DNA from: Candidatus Omnitrophota bacterium
Lineage (GTDB): Bacteria; Omnitrophota; Gorgyraeia; Zapsychrales; Zapsychraceae
NCBI GenBank assembly: GCA_021108075.1
Contig: JAIORP010000068.1
Span: 10,594-74,593, forward strand
Length of the DNA stretch: 64,000 nt
Reading direction: 5' to 3'
This document shows, in pieces, positions 18,527 to 29,282 of this stretch. The notes under the pieces were generated by a model that worked only from the letters and a program-made list of their open reading frames with translations, made no database searches and had not been told where the DNA came from. The first letter of the stretch is position 1. Each line of letters opens with the position of its first letter. Position numbers and translations under genes: made by a program.

Positions 18527-19978
18527 ATGCGAATATTATTGATTTCCCCACCTATCACCCATGGTGATGAACTGCAGGCGAAGGCCAGAGGGTGTATGCC
18601 TCCATTGGACCTGATGTATCTTGCCGCTTATGTGCGTCAGTACAACCATGATGTCAACATGCTCGATCTCTATTCCCGGGGTTTATCTAATAAAAAGCTA
18701 TTCCAATATATTCAAAAAGAACATCCTGTCGTGATTGGATTTTCGACTTATTCTGCAAATATTGATTTGGTCTATAAGTTGTCAGCAATCATCAAATTAA
18801 ATTTTCCGGATATCAAAATTGTTTTAGGTGGGATCCATGCGAGTTATCTGGCTGGCGTCTGTCTGGATAACCCATCCGTTGATTTTATTGTGCGTGGTGA
18901 AGGAGAGCGAACACTGTTAGAACTCCTGTCCGCAATAGAGGATCGGTCTGATTTATCGCAGATAGAAGGGATGTCCTATAAAAGCAAGAGTGGAATTGTT
19001 CACAATCCTGACAGGAAATTAATTGAAGACATTGATGCCTTGCCATGGCCAGCATACGATCTTGTCAATTTTGATAATTATTTTTTAGCTGTCACCCGGG
19101 CCGTTACAAGTGGTCGAGTTGCTTCTGTGCTAACCGCAAGGGGTTGTCCATATGGGTGTTCCTTTTGCAGCCAATCTTATGGATATAATCGAAGAGTGCG
19201 AAACCGTGATGTCCATAACGTCGTTGATGAAATGCTTTATTTGTATGACAAATATGATATCCGTGAATTTCAGATCGAAGATAGCTCTTTGACGGCCGAC
19301 CCTAAACGCGTTATCAAACTTTGTCAGCTGATCGAAGAAAGTCATATGAAAATTATATGGAATTGCAATGTGCGCGCTAATACCGCTTCAGAAGAATTGT
19401 TTGCTGCGATGCGAGATGCAGGTTGCCGTCGGATATTGCTAGGGGTTGAATCTGGTTCACAAAAAATGTTGGATTCGATGAATAAAGGGATAACCCTGGA
19501 ACAGGTTCGTAAAACTGTACGGCTTGCTAAAAAATATAAGATGAGAATCAATTGTGCTTTTGTTGTTGGCCTTCCCGGTGAGACATATGAGAGTGCTATG
19601 CGGAGTTGTGTTTTCTCGAAAGAACTTGATCCTGATTACATCATGTTTTCAGTGCTGGTTCCCAGTGTCGGGTCTGCTTTGTTCGAGCAGGCGGTGAAAG
19701 AAAAGATTATTGATGTAAGGAATGTCAAAGGCGCAGATTATATCAGCGTGTATTCCCAGCGCTTGCCATTGGTTGAAATGAGCTCAGTTAAAAGAGAAGA
19801 TTTGTTTAAATTAATGGAAAAGTGTACAATAAGTTTCTATTTGCGGCCCAAATATATTTTAAAACGGATGATCGGGATAACTTCCTGGGCGGAGTTAAAA
19901 CGTATGATTTATGGCCTGGTTTTAATTTTTAGGCATCAAATGGCTTTATTTTTAGCATTATTTAAACTGAAGAAATAA
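18527..19978 (+). CDS. B12-binding (class B) radical SAM enzyme
   Basis: PPLDLMYLAAYVRQ B12-like domain. TARGCPYGCSFCS. Confidence 0.9.
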   Translation: MRILLISPPITHGDELQAKARGCMPPLDLMYLAAYVRQYNHDVNMLDLYSRGLSNKKLFQYIQKEHPVVIGFSTYSANIDLVYKLSAIIKLNFPDIKIVLGGIHASYLAGVCLDNPSVDFIVRGEGERTLLELLSAIEDRSDLSQIEGMSYKSKSGIVHNPDRKLIEDIDALPWPAYDLVNFDNYFLAVTRAVTSGRVASVLTARGCPYGCSFCSQSYGYNRRVRNRDVHNVVDEMLYLYDKYDIREFQIEDSSLTADPKRVIKLCQLIEESHMKIIWNCNVRANTASEELFAAMRDAGCRRILLGVESGSQKMLDSMNKGITLEQVRKTVRLAKKYKMRINCAFVVGLPGETYESAMRSCVFSKELDPDYIMFSVLVPSVGSALFEQAVKEKIIDVRNVKGADYISVYSQRLPLVEMSSVKREDLFKLMEKCTISFYLRPKYILKRMIGITSWAELKRMIYGLVLIFRHQMALFLALFKLKK

Positions 19979-19985
19979 AAACAAT

Positions 19986-20852
19986 ATGAATCAAATCGAT
20001 AAAACCAATGAAGGGGACCTTAAAGATAAGCAGCCCATCACGAATGTTTTAACGGTTGATGTTGAGGAATGGTATCAAACATTTCTTTTTTATAATACAG
20101 TTTATAATGATCAACATTTTTCCTCCTTACCTCGGTATATGAATGAAATCCTTGACCTTTTTGAAGAATATCAGGCTCAGGCAACATTTTTTGTCTTAGG
20201 TTCTGTCGCAGAAAAATACCCGGAGCTCATTCGGGATATGGTTAGACGGGGGCATGAGGTAGCCAGCCATGGTTACAGTCATCAGTTGGTCAATAGAATG
20301 ACTCAACAGGAATTTATTCATGACGTGTCCGTATCGTTAGACATTTTAAAAAGTATCACGGGTTGTGATATTTTAGGTTATCGAGCATCCACCTGGTCGA
20401 TTACAAAGAATATCACCCGGGCAATGCAGACATTGCGGTCTTTAGGGTTGAAGTATGATTCAAGTTTGTACCCTGTCAGCAGGAATATTTTTCGTTGTTC
20501 TCAACAACAATGTTGCCCGTACGAAATCATAAAAGGCTTTATTGAGTTTTCTCCGTCGACATTTCGGTTTTTAGGTTGCAATTGCCCTTTCGCGGGGGGG
20601 ACCTTTTTACGATTCCTTCCGATTTCATTTATTCGCAATAGAATAAGAAGTATTAATAAAATCGGACAGACTGCGATGATATACTTTCATCCCTGGGAAT
20701 TTTATGCGGTTATTCCTGAGGCAAGGGTGCCCCTCTGGAAGAATGTTATTCAGTGGGGGAACTTGCCAAGCGTAAGACGTAAACTACGGTGTCTTTTGCA
20801 GGAATTTAAGTTTTCTTGCGTTCGGGATGTCATAAATTTAAATGATTCTTGA
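19986..20852 (+). CDS. polysaccharide deacetylase (NodB homology, DVEEWY-type)
   Basis: VDVEEWYQ, ATFFVLG and HGYSHQ motifs. Confidence 0.75.
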   Translation: MNQIDKTNEGDLKDKQPITNVLTVDVEEWYQTFLFYNTVYNDQHFSSLPRYMNEILDLFEEYQAQATFFVLGSVAEKYPELIRDMVRRGHEVASHGYSHQLVNRMTQQEFIHDVSVSLDILKSITGCDILGYRASTWSITKNITRAMQTLRSLGLKYDSSLYPVSRNIFRCSQQQCCPYEIIKGFIEFSPSTFRFLGCNCPFAGGTFLRFLPISFIRNRIRSINKIGQTAMIYFHPWEFYAVIPEARVPLWKNVIQWGNLPSVRRKLRCLLQEFKFSCVRDVINLNDS

Positions 20853-21286
20853 GATAATAGAGCGGTATACTAAGAGGAATTTTAAAAACATGTTTGGAAT
20901 CCTTATGATTAGAATATTATTGAGCCTGATGCTAAAATTTTAAATTCGTCTCATCCAGGAAGTATTGATTCAAATAACAGCATATGTAAATAATGAAATA
21001 AATATTAAATGTTACGCTATTCTCGCCAGAGCAAGTAAGACTGGAAGAGTGTTAGGGGACGATATGCCTCCGTTGAACTTAATGTGTCTGGTCGGAACGC
21101 CTTAAAAGAAAATGTTGATATCGTTGCCCGGGGAGAGGGAAAGGCTAAATTATTGCAATTAGACAAGCATTGCGTTTTTGGTCCAGGATGTGTTTTGTTG
21201 CGCATTTCGATTAAGCAAAATAGATCATGGATCGGGCGTTATTGTCGTTGTAGCGGACATTAAACGCTGTCGGAGGGGTCGTTCCC

Positions 21287-22978
21287 GTGATAAAAAATAA
21301 TTTAACAAAGCATGCCTGGTTTACCAATGGCATTTTGGTAACTGTTCTAATTGCCCTCTGTGCGAACGTTATTATTCACTTCAGAGAGATATTCAATCAA
21401 TACATCATATATCCTGATGCTTTTTTCAAGTATATTGTTTTTTCTTCGGATTTATCGCTATTCAAAAACGATCCGTTTGTTCAAATCGTGAGATGTCCTT
21501 TCTCGTTCAATATTGTAAGTATCGAGACGATACCGCTCGTGCTGTTGCGAAATATTTATACGGTCTGGTTTTTTTTATACACAAGATTATTTTATTTTTT
21601 CACCAAACTGTTTCCACTCGCGCATGTGTTAACAATGGCATCAATATGTTTTAACATTATTGCATCGGTGTTTGTCTATAAAATAGCCCGTTTTTTTACT
21701 GCTTCTAAAGAAAACAAAGAATATGCCTATTTTTTGGTCATGATCTTTTTGATATATACGGCAACCATGGACTCATTTTATGCGGGCATGGAAAGAGGCA
21801 TAGGTTTTGTGCTTACGTGCGCTCTTTATTTTTATGCGTGTAAACGCGATGTCTTTAAAATTATGTGTTGTACCTTTCTTTCTGTCTTTTTGTATACAGC
21901 GATTTTTCCCGCGGCATTTTTACTCGCGCTAATGGTTTTTTTGTTGAATAGGTGTGATAGGCCCACCTTCAGAAAAATATTCGCGATAAGTTGTTACAGC
22001 ATCGCAATCGCATGGTCTGTTTTTTTTATGATCAAGGTTTTCAGCCCATCCGGGCATGGGTTTTTTCAATTATCGTATATGGATTGGAAATATGGCCTGA
22101 AGTTGAGCTCCCCAGACGTGATCGACTTGGAGTATTACAAGTACATTTACGCTTTTGTTCTAAACGGCAATGAGCATGCGCCATTATATATTGCCGTAAC
22201 AATAGGGTTGATTATCATTAATTTATTGTTATTGATAATATTTTTCAAAAATAAACATGGTTGTCCTGGCGAGCAGTGTTTTGTGGCTGCATCTATCAGC
22301 ACGTTTTTTATACTTGTTCCGATCCATTTAGCTCTTGGGTCGCGACAACTTATTTTTTCTATACCCCTGTGTTTAATGCTGTTTTTGTGGAAACATGTGT
22401 TATGGTATCTTCCCTGTAAAAAGTTTGTTTTTCGCTCCATTCTCATCACAATGGCGGCAGTGTCTGTGTTTTTTTATGCGTATGCGTCTGATGTGCAGGA
22501 TTTGACTGGATACAAAAATGTCTACGATTATTTTTTGCAGTCTCCGAAAGATAGCTTGATATGCGGACACCCTGAGGATGTCAAATTCATCCCATTTTAT
22601 GCGCAGCGGAGTGTGTATTTTAATCCTGCGTGGAGCACCTCGACATGTATAGCGAACCAGAAGACGAAGGAGGAATACCGCCGGCGTAGAGAACGCATGG
22701 TTCGCATTATGTACAGCCGTTCGCTCGAAGAATTAAAGACGTACATAAGGCAGGAAGGTATTACGCACTTCTTTGTTAATGAGTATTATTATTCTAATAA
22801 CTATTTGTTATCGGAAAAAGAATGGCATGAAACATTCAAGCTGGATATTGTCAATTATACGGAGGTGACTAAAGTCAACCGGGATGATTTTGTTGTTCTT
22901 TCACTCGCGTATAAATTGGGTAAACAAAAAGGCGATGGTATTTTTGTTTTTGCTTGCGCTGAGATTCTAGCGTTATAG
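21287..22978 (+). CDS. hypothetical polytopic membrane protein with C-terminal soluble domain
   Basis: Long ORF with more than 10 hydrophobic helices and a hydrophilic ~180-aa tail. GTG start. Confidence 0.5.
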   Translation: MIKNNLTKHAWFTNGILVTVLIALCANVIIHFREIFNQYIIYPDAFFKYIVFSSDLSLFKNDPFVQIVRCPFSFNIVSIETIPLVLLRNIYTVWFFLYTRLFYFFTKLFPLAHVLTMASICFNIIASVFVYKIARFFTASKENKEYAYFLVMIFLIYTATMDSFYAGMERGIGFVLTCALYFYACKRDVFKIMCCTFLSVFLYTAIFPAAFLLALMVFLLNRCDRPTFRKIFAISCYSIAIAWSVFFMIKVFSPSGHGFFQLSYMDWKYGLKLSSPDVIDLEYYKYIYAFVLNGNEHAPLYIAVTIGLIIINLLLLIIFFKNKHGCPGEQCFVAASISTFFILVPIHLALGSRQLIFSIPLCLMLFLWKHVLWYLPCKKFVFRSILITMAAVSVFFYAYASDVQDLTGYKNVYDYFLQSPKDSLICGHPEDVKFIPFYAQRSVYFNPAWSTSTCIANQKTKEEYRRRRERMVRIMYSRSLEELKTYIRQEGITHFFVNEYYYSNNYLLSEKEWHETFKLDIVNYTEVTKVNRDDFVVLSLAYKLGKQKGDGIFVFACAEILAL

Positions 22979-23350
22979 GAAAAGTTTCAGCCTTACGGCC
23001 AACAGCCTGTGGATATTTGCTCCGTTAGATCATGATATTGTTATCTTTTACGCTGATGGACCCTCCTCGCGCTGTTTGTTCGTCTTAAGGCATCGCTGCA
23101 AGAACGGTGTTTATTTTCAACAAATCAAACCAGAAGATCGTTTATTGCGGAGATAAACGGGTGTGTTTTTTGAGATGCAATGGCTGACGCCCGTTTATAT
23201 TGGTGTTATAATTAAAAAAGATTATGCGTCACCCCTTTGGGCTGACAGGAATCATAACTTATCAGGTTTTATTTGAATGCAACTTATTGTCAGGTGAAAG
23301 TCAATATAGATTTTAGTGTTAAATGCCTGAAGTTGCCTGGCATTTTTTTG

Positions 23351-23389
23351 GACTTCAGGGCGTGTCGATGATTGATCGGCCCTGAAGTC
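23351..23389. repeat. stem-loop (11-bp stem, 17-nt loop) upstream of lipoprotein gene
   Basis: GACTTCAGGGC...GCCCTGAAGTC. Confidence 0.5.
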
Positions 23390-23446
23390 CAAGATGGATG
23401 ATAAAAATTTTTTATAATGTTTTTTGTGTTTGGGGAGCAGAAAAGA

Positions 23447-25033
23447 ATGAACAATAAATATTTATCAGGACTTGTTCTTGCCGCGTTTATGTTATCAGGT
23501 TGTTTTGAATCTAATCAACATTATACAATTAATCCTGATGGGTCAGGGAAACTTCAGTTTGAAGTTTCATATAATAAAAAGGACTATGTCCATACCAGCT
23601 CTATTGATTTAGAAGGAATTATTCTGAAGCTTAAAGATAAATCCTTGGGGATTACACACTGGCATGACATTTTTTTTGAGGATAAAGGGGAGGGGCCGTC
23701 TCTTTTATCAGGAACAGCTTATTTTGACAATATTAACAATGTGTCATTACCGATTGATGGGCTTTCTTTGGATCCTTATAAGATTCAATTTAGAATAGAG
23801 AAGGGGCAAGGTATTTTGGAGATTTTAGATCCACGCGTGAAAACACTAAAAAAGTTAACCCTGCCCGAAGAACGGACGCAGGAACTTTTAATGGAGGATA
23901 AACAACAATTTGAAGGCATAAAATCTCTTATTGAATCAACCATAGGAAAAGTAAAGATGACAATATTATTTTCTTTGCCAGGCGATGTTGTTGGTGTTTC
24001 GAACATGATAAAGAAAGAAGATAATCAAGTCTTTGTCCAGTTCGACGGGCATGATTTTTTTCAATCTGCTCAAACGGTTCTTCAAGATGATGATTGGTGG
24101 CTACGCCATATAAAAGTAGGGATTGATGTTTATGAGGAAGGCCCGCTTGGTGATGAGGATTTAACCAATGTCATTCTCGGCAGTAAATCAGACATCAGCG
24201 CAAGTATCGAAAATATCTCCGGTCCGCTTCTTGATTGTCAAAAGGAACTCATGGGGAAAAATGTTTACTGGTCATCTTTTGAGTCAGGTGGTCAGGTTAT
24301 GGAGATCACAGAGGAAGACATCCCTTTACGGGATATTAATATTATCAGGCAATCGGTAACATACGACTTCAACTTGCCGGTGGATATTTATCCGATCACA
24401 GACAAGCACGGGTATACTCTGACAGTGGTGGCCACTGTTCCGGATTCAATTTTCTTTATTTCGGGAGGAAAACTGCTTGAAGCGATAACAGACAGAGAAC
24501 AATCTTTGATGTTGATTGAAGATGCTCAAAGGATGGTTGACGATGTGCTTTTATCTGGATCGGGGTTTTATCTCCGCTTTCAGATCAACTTGTTAGAACC
24601 AAATGTCTGGAGTTCCAGAATTGATAAGATTTCAGGTTATTTAACTGGTTTTTCCGGGCGGGAGATTAAAGAGATTGATCTGGGGATTCCCGGCTTTGAG
24701 CCCGGATTAAAAAGTGAAAAGATAGAAGTCCGCATTGAATCATTAAAAAGGGACCCGGAAGATATATCGTGTGAGATATTAACAATGCGGATTCATTTGC
24801 CCCGTGAGGCTGTTTTAGATTTGCGTTTATTCGACGAACAGGATCGGGAGATGAATGTTCAGACAGAGGTCCTTTTTTTCCAGGACGAAGAAGTGTTGAT
24901 CGCTTGCCGGCTCAAGGGTCGGTATCCGTTAAGAGGGCGAATATTAATAAAGACGTATGCTGATATCCAAAAAATTAAAATGCCTTTTAGTCTATCTCAT
25001 ATTGATCTGCTGGGACGTCCGTCAAAAGAATAA
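23447..25033 (+). CDS. hypothetical lipoprotein
   Basis: MNNKYLSGLVLAAFMLSGC gives a signal peptide with lipobox LSGC. RBS GGGGAG 9 nt upstream. Confidence 0.55.
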   Translation: MNNKYLSGLVLAAFMLSGCFESNQHYTINPDGSGKLQFEVSYNKKDYVHTSSIDLEGIILKLKDKSLGITHWHDIFFEDKGEGPSLLSGTAYFDNINNVSLPIDGLSLDPYKIQFRIEKGQGILEILDPRVKTLKKLTLPEERTQELLMEDKQQFEGIKSLIESTIGKVKMTILFSLPGDVVGVSNMIKKEDNQVFVQFDGHDFFQSAQTVLQDDDWWLRHIKVGIDVYEEGPLGDEDLTNVILGSKSDISASIENISGPLLDCQKELMGKNVYWSSFESGGQVMEITEEDIPLRDINIIRQSVTYDFNLPVDIYPITDKHGYTLTVVATVPDSIFFISGGKLLEAITDREQSLMLIEDAQRMVDDVLLSGSGFYLRFQINLLEPNVWSSRIDKISGYLTGFSGREIKEIDLGIPGFEPGLKSEKIEVRIESLKRDPEDISCEILTMRIHLPREAVLDLRLFDEQDREMNVQTEVLFFQDEEVLIACRLKGRYPLRGRILIKTYADIQKIKMPFSLSHIDLLGRPSKE

Positions 25034-25396
25034 GTTTAAGCTATCTGAAAGACCATTTATTTTCGGGAGGTGTAAAATCGTTGTTTTGTGAAATGATATC
25101 GTTAGATTTCGAGCTATAGAAACGTGTATACCTTTGTGTTTCATTTATTTGATCGTATTGTTTCAATGCTGACTGCTGAAGGATAAGAAAGAAGCCCGCC
25201 TCTTTTATCAATGAAAAATAATAAGATAAATTTTAGTCTTCAGGGCCAAATTTTATATTAGACGTAAGTCAGTTTTTATTGACGATTCACGTTGTGACTT
25301 GCCATTGCCAATGTCCACAATGTTTTGAAGGCGATGGCACAACCACCTTCAATAACGCCGGAAAAGAGTGTTTTCGATGTGTTCGATGTTTATATT

Positions 25397-25482
25397 AATA
25401 CCAATTCCATTAAATAATGACCAAAACCAATTCTGCTTTTCAGAATTAAAATAGAACAATTTATTAATGGATTTGGTATAAA
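25397..25482. repeat. MITE/REP-like repeat, copy B
   Basis: ATACCAATTCCATTAAATAATGACCAAAACCAATTCTGCTTTTCAGAATT...TTAATGGATTTGGTATA. Confidence 0.85.
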
Positions 25483-25874
25483 GATGTGCTTGGGATGATT
25501 AAACATGAAGGGGCCGGGTATCAGGTCCCTGAGAAAATAATCTATATTTAACCTTCCGGATATCTTACGGCCCTGTCTGGCGATTCCGGTGTTCTTTTGG
25601 CATGCGCCGGGTGAACCCGAAATTATAAAAGCGGAATTGTGCGTAGAGCAATTTGACGCATATTGCAGGTGGATTTTTTTTGTGACAGTTTAGAAATATT
25701 TTTTAGCCGCGTCTGCCATGTTAAAGTGAAAAATATGTTGATTTTTTGAATCAATTAGTGAATACTATGGATGTATTTTTTTCCATGGCGCATTCCCACC
25801 TGTAAACGGTAATTTTTCAGAAGGATCATTTGAATCCTGGCACGTGATAACACTTTATTAAAGCGAACCACGAG

Positions 25875-27230
25875 ATGTCTAAGAAAATAAAAACAAAATT
25901 TCTAATATTAGGTGGCGGATTAAGCGGATTATTTATCGCTTTATTTCTTAAACGTCAGGGATATGAACCGGTTATCCTCGAAAAATCTGATGATGTTGGA
26001 GGTTTAGCCCGAACGTATTCTTTTCAGGGGCATTCTTTTGATGTCGGTGGCCATCGGATTTCTTTCCATGAGCATGAGAATATTCAACTCGTTCAATCGC
26101 TCATTCCTGATTTATCAACATTAACACGCAGGAGTAAGATCTATTATAGTGACCGGTTTATTGATTATCCCATCACCTTATCGTCGTTTATGTCGTTTAG
26201 CAAAAAAAAATTATTGAAAATTGTTTTTGAGATGGCCTTTAGCAATCGTTTTGTAAAACCCGGTAATTTTGAAGAATGGATCAGGCGTTACTACGGGCAA
26301 ACGATTTATGAAATTGTTTTTGAACACTATTCCCGCAAAGTTTGGGGGCAGGATTGTAAAAATTTGAGCGCCGAATGGGCGAAGAGACGGATTGGGTATT
26401 ATTCCTTTTCGAACCTGTTCCATAACATTAAAGCCAAAGAGAACATGAAACAATTTTATTACCCGGGGCGTGGTATCGGGGTTTTGGCGCAAAATCTATA
26501 TCAGGAATTGGTACCGCAAACAACCGTGCTAAAGAACGTCCATGTTCAAAACATACAAATAGAAGACTCATCGGTTAAGGGGGTGACGTGTTCGGCCCCG
26601 GAGGGCTCTTATGATATTCAATGCGAGCATTTAATGTCGACGATTCCGTTGAAAGAATTATTAAAGATCGCCCCGTTTGCGGCGGACCATCAATTGCAAT
26701 CGTACGGAAAAGATATTCGGTACCGCAGTCTGCTTCAAGTGAATATTGTTTTAAACCGGGAGCATGTCTCTGATTGGCATTGGTGTTATTTCCCGGATGA
26801 AGATCTGATTTTTTCGCGCTGTTATGAGCCTAAATATTGGCATGGCCATATGGGCTCGGGCAAGCAGAGTACTCTGTTGTGTGTTGAGATTTTTTGTCAA
26901 TACAATGATGATATCTGGAATATGCGTGAAGAAGATTTGACGCGGCGGACCGGCGCGCAGTTGATAAAGATTGGAATCATTCGTGATCAGGCCGAATGTC
27001 AGGACGCGTATATCCTGCGGGAACGTTACGCCTATCCATTGTTGTATCTTCATTATGAGACGGAATTAAAACGCCTGACAGATGCCGTATCATCGGTTCG
27101 TAATCTCCACATGAGCGGGCGCAACGGCACACATGCCTATTATGATATTGAGGAATGCATCATAAACGCACGGTCGCTAAGTGAGAAAATGGTAAGCCGG
27201 GATGGGATATCCGCGTGCGCGTCGTCCTGA
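25875..27230 (+). CDS. FAD/NAD(P)-binding oxidoreductase (amine-oxidase/UGM-like fold)
   Basis: ILGGGLSGL...EKSDDVGG dinucleotide-binding motif. Confidence 0.7.
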   Translation: MSKKIKTKFLILGGGLSGLFIALFLKRQGYEPVILEKSDDVGGLARTYSFQGHSFDVGGHRISFHEHENIQLVQSLIPDLSTLTRRSKIYYSDRFIDYPITLSSFMSFSKKKLLKIVFEMAFSNRFVKPGNFEEWIRRYYGQTIYEIVFEHYSRKVWGQDCKNLSAEWAKRRIGYYSFSNLFHNIKAKENMKQFYYPGRGIGVLAQNLYQELVPQTTVLKNVHVQNIQIEDSSVKGVTCSAPEGSYDIQCEHLMSTIPLKELLKIAPFAADHQLQSYGKDIRYRSLLQVNIVLNREHVSDWHWCYFPDEDLIFSRCYEPKYWHGHMGSGKQSTLLCVEIFCQYNDDIWNMREEDLTRRTGAQLIKIGIIRDQAECQDAYILRERYAYPLLYLHYETELKRLTDAVSSVRNLHMSGRNGTHAYYDIEECIINARSLSEKMVSRDGISACASS

Positions 27231-27378
27231 CCGGCTAAAGCTCATTCCTCCCGCCGCAATATCAGACATTTCAGAATAAGAGTAAGACGGTCCGGTCCCC
27301 CAACCGCCCTTTCGGGATTCATACAATATATTTGACATCAATGAGATAAGAAATGTATAATGTTTCGTTGCTCTTTGT

Positions 27379-27452
27379 TTAACCCGGAAAATGTAATTGC
27401 GACGAGTTTTGCCTTCTCGTTACGATTCCAATTGCGTTTTCCGGGTTAATGA
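27379..27452. repeat. 13-bp perfect inverted repeat (TTAACCCGGAAAA / TTTTCCGGGTTAA) about 60 nt upstream of radical SAM gene 27510
   Basis: Seen directly. Arms are separated by about 47 nt containing a second small dyad (CGACGAG/CTCGT). Confidence 0.6.
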
Positions 27453-27509
27453 ATGGCAGACTTTTAAAAAAAGTCATATTTTCGATAGATAAGAAGGAGA
27501 GTTAACCGA

Positions 27510-28550
27510 TTGAAGTTGAAGAGTTTGCAGGGTTTTTGTGGAAGAACGTATTTGACGGCTAAAATATTTTCTAAACTCGTTTTACCTCATTTGTATGGGA
27601 AAGTCATCAGTAACACAGTATCCCGCTGTTTAATAATTTATAAACCATCGTCTGCTGTCTTAGGCCTGACTTATCGCTGCCAGTGCCATTGCGTGCATTG
27701 TTCGGCTGGTTCCTATCGGTATGAAGTGAGTCAAGATCTGTCAACAACAGAATGGATGGGTTTACTGGATGCTATCCATCAGTTAGGTGTTCCCCGGATT
27801 AATCTGACCGGGGGTGAAGCCCTATTAAGAGAAGACATTTTTGATATTATTGCCTATGCGGCAAAAAAAATTGTCGTGATTCTGGAAAGCAACGGCCTGT
27901 TGATTTCTGACGAGGTGGCCTTAAAACTCAAAAAAGCGAAGGTATCTTGCGTGGCCGTCAGTATCGATAGCGTTGACGGGCCGGGGCATGATTCCTTCAG
28001 AGGCGTCCAAGGCTGCGTTGATAACGCCATCAAGGGGATAGAGCATCTGAATAAGGCGAGGATCCCCTTCATGGCGACATATATCCGTGCTGAGAACGCG
28101 CGTGTTGATTATATTCAAGGGTTCATGGATTTAGCGAAAAAGATGAACGTTATGGCCGTAAGGATTTTGCCCCCGCGCCCTGCCGGAAATTTTTCCTGTC
28201 ATGTGGATGCGTTGCTGAGCAAGGAAAATGAAACGCTCATCCGGGAAAACACGGATCTCTTTATGTTTTATTTTAATGGCATGCCGGCGCCACGTATGTG
28301 CGGAACTTTTTCTAAAGCAACGTTTTACATCTCTCCTTATGGGGACATTCAGCTCTGCCCCTACCTGTCCATTTCTTTCGGTCATATCAAGGACGGATCC
28401 TTGCGTTCTTTATTGGAGAAAATGTGGTCGCACGCCATTTTTCAAGACGATGGAACAGACTGCTTTGTCCTGAACGCGTCTTTTCGCAAGCGATATTTGG
28501 ATGGTTGTGTCAGTTATCCCTGTGATGACACAATATTGATGAATGAGTAA
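27510..28550 (+). CDS. radical SAM enzyme, SPASM/twitch-type
   Basis: CQCHCVHC and LTGGEALLREDIFDI. Cys-rich C-terminus. Paralog of 6735. TTG start 11 nt after AAGGAG. Confidence 0.8.
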   Translation: MKLKSLQGFCGRTYLTAKIFSKLVLPHLYGKVISNTVSRCLIIYKPSSAVLGLTYRCQCHCVHCSAGSYRYEVSQDLSTTEWMGLLDAIHQLGVPRINLTGGEALLREDIFDIIAYAAKKIVVILESNGLLISDEVALKLKKAKVSCVAVSIDSVDGPGHDSFRGVQGCVDNAIKGIEHLNKARIPFMATYIRAENARVDYIQGFMDLAKKMNVMAVRILPPRPAGNFSCHVDALLSKENETLIRENTDLFMFYFNGMPAPRMCGTFSKATFYISPYGDIQLCPYLSISFGHIKDGSLRSLLEKMWSHAIFQDDGTDCFVLNASFRKRYLDGCVSYPCDDTILMNE

Positions 28551-28589
28551 AAGGGCCCTTTTTTACGTTTAAGACGGAAGAGAATGGAT

Positions 28590-29261
28590 GCGTATGGATC
28601 AATTTAATATAAATACAAATTCATCTGAAAAATATCCTGGTCTCGTCCAATCAGTGATGAAACGGGGGCATGAAATTGCCAGCTACGGCATGGACATCAG
28701 TTGGTGTCTAAAATGACTCAAAAAGAATTTATTTCGGATGTCACACCGTCCTTAGGTATTTTACGGAACATGACAGGAAAAAAGATATGGGGGTATCGGG
28801 CACCAACCTGGTCGATCGCAAAGGATGTCGATTGGACCATGCGGACCCTGAAATCCATCGGGCTGAAATATGACTCCAGTATTTACCCGATCAGTAAAAA
28901 TATTTTTACCGGGCATAAAAAACAACGGTTTGCGCATGATATTATTAAAGATTTCAAGGAGTTTCCTCCTGCAACGTTTCAATTCGGGGGGGGCAGTTTT
29001 CCTTTGTCTGGAGGCACGTTCTTGCGCTATTGGCCCGTTTCTTTTGTTCGCCGTAACATTGAGAAGATGAATCATGCCCGGCAGGCGGCCATGATATATT
29101 TTTATCCCTGGGAATTTTATAAAGATATACCGCAGAAGAAGATTCCCGCGTGGAAATACGCCGTCCAGTGGGGGAATGTGCGATGTGTGAGGCCTAAAGT
29201 CGAGTGCCTGCTACAGAATTTTAAGTTTTTATCGATAAGGGATGTGTTAAATTTGGTTTAA
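28590..29261 (+). pseudogene. polysaccharide deacetylase pseudogene (N-terminally deleted, frameshifted at about 28690)
   Basis: KYPGLVQSVMKRGHEIASYG in one frame stops after a few codons. Homology to the 19986 protein resumes in another frame (MTQKEFISDV...GLKYDSS). Confidence 0.65.
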
Positions 29262-29282
29262 CTTCTTTGATATCGGATTATC

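Noticed and set aside
23417-23446. Upstream start MFFVFGEQKR for the lipoprotein gene
   Set aside because: ATG at 23447 has a GGGGAG RBS and yields a canonical signal peptide and lipobox. The longer N-terminus would bury the signal peptide.
28701-29261. 186-aa ORF taken as an independent gene
   Set aside because: It is the frameshifted continuation of a deacetylase homolog whose upstream part (28590-28690) is in another frame. It is called a pseudogene instead.
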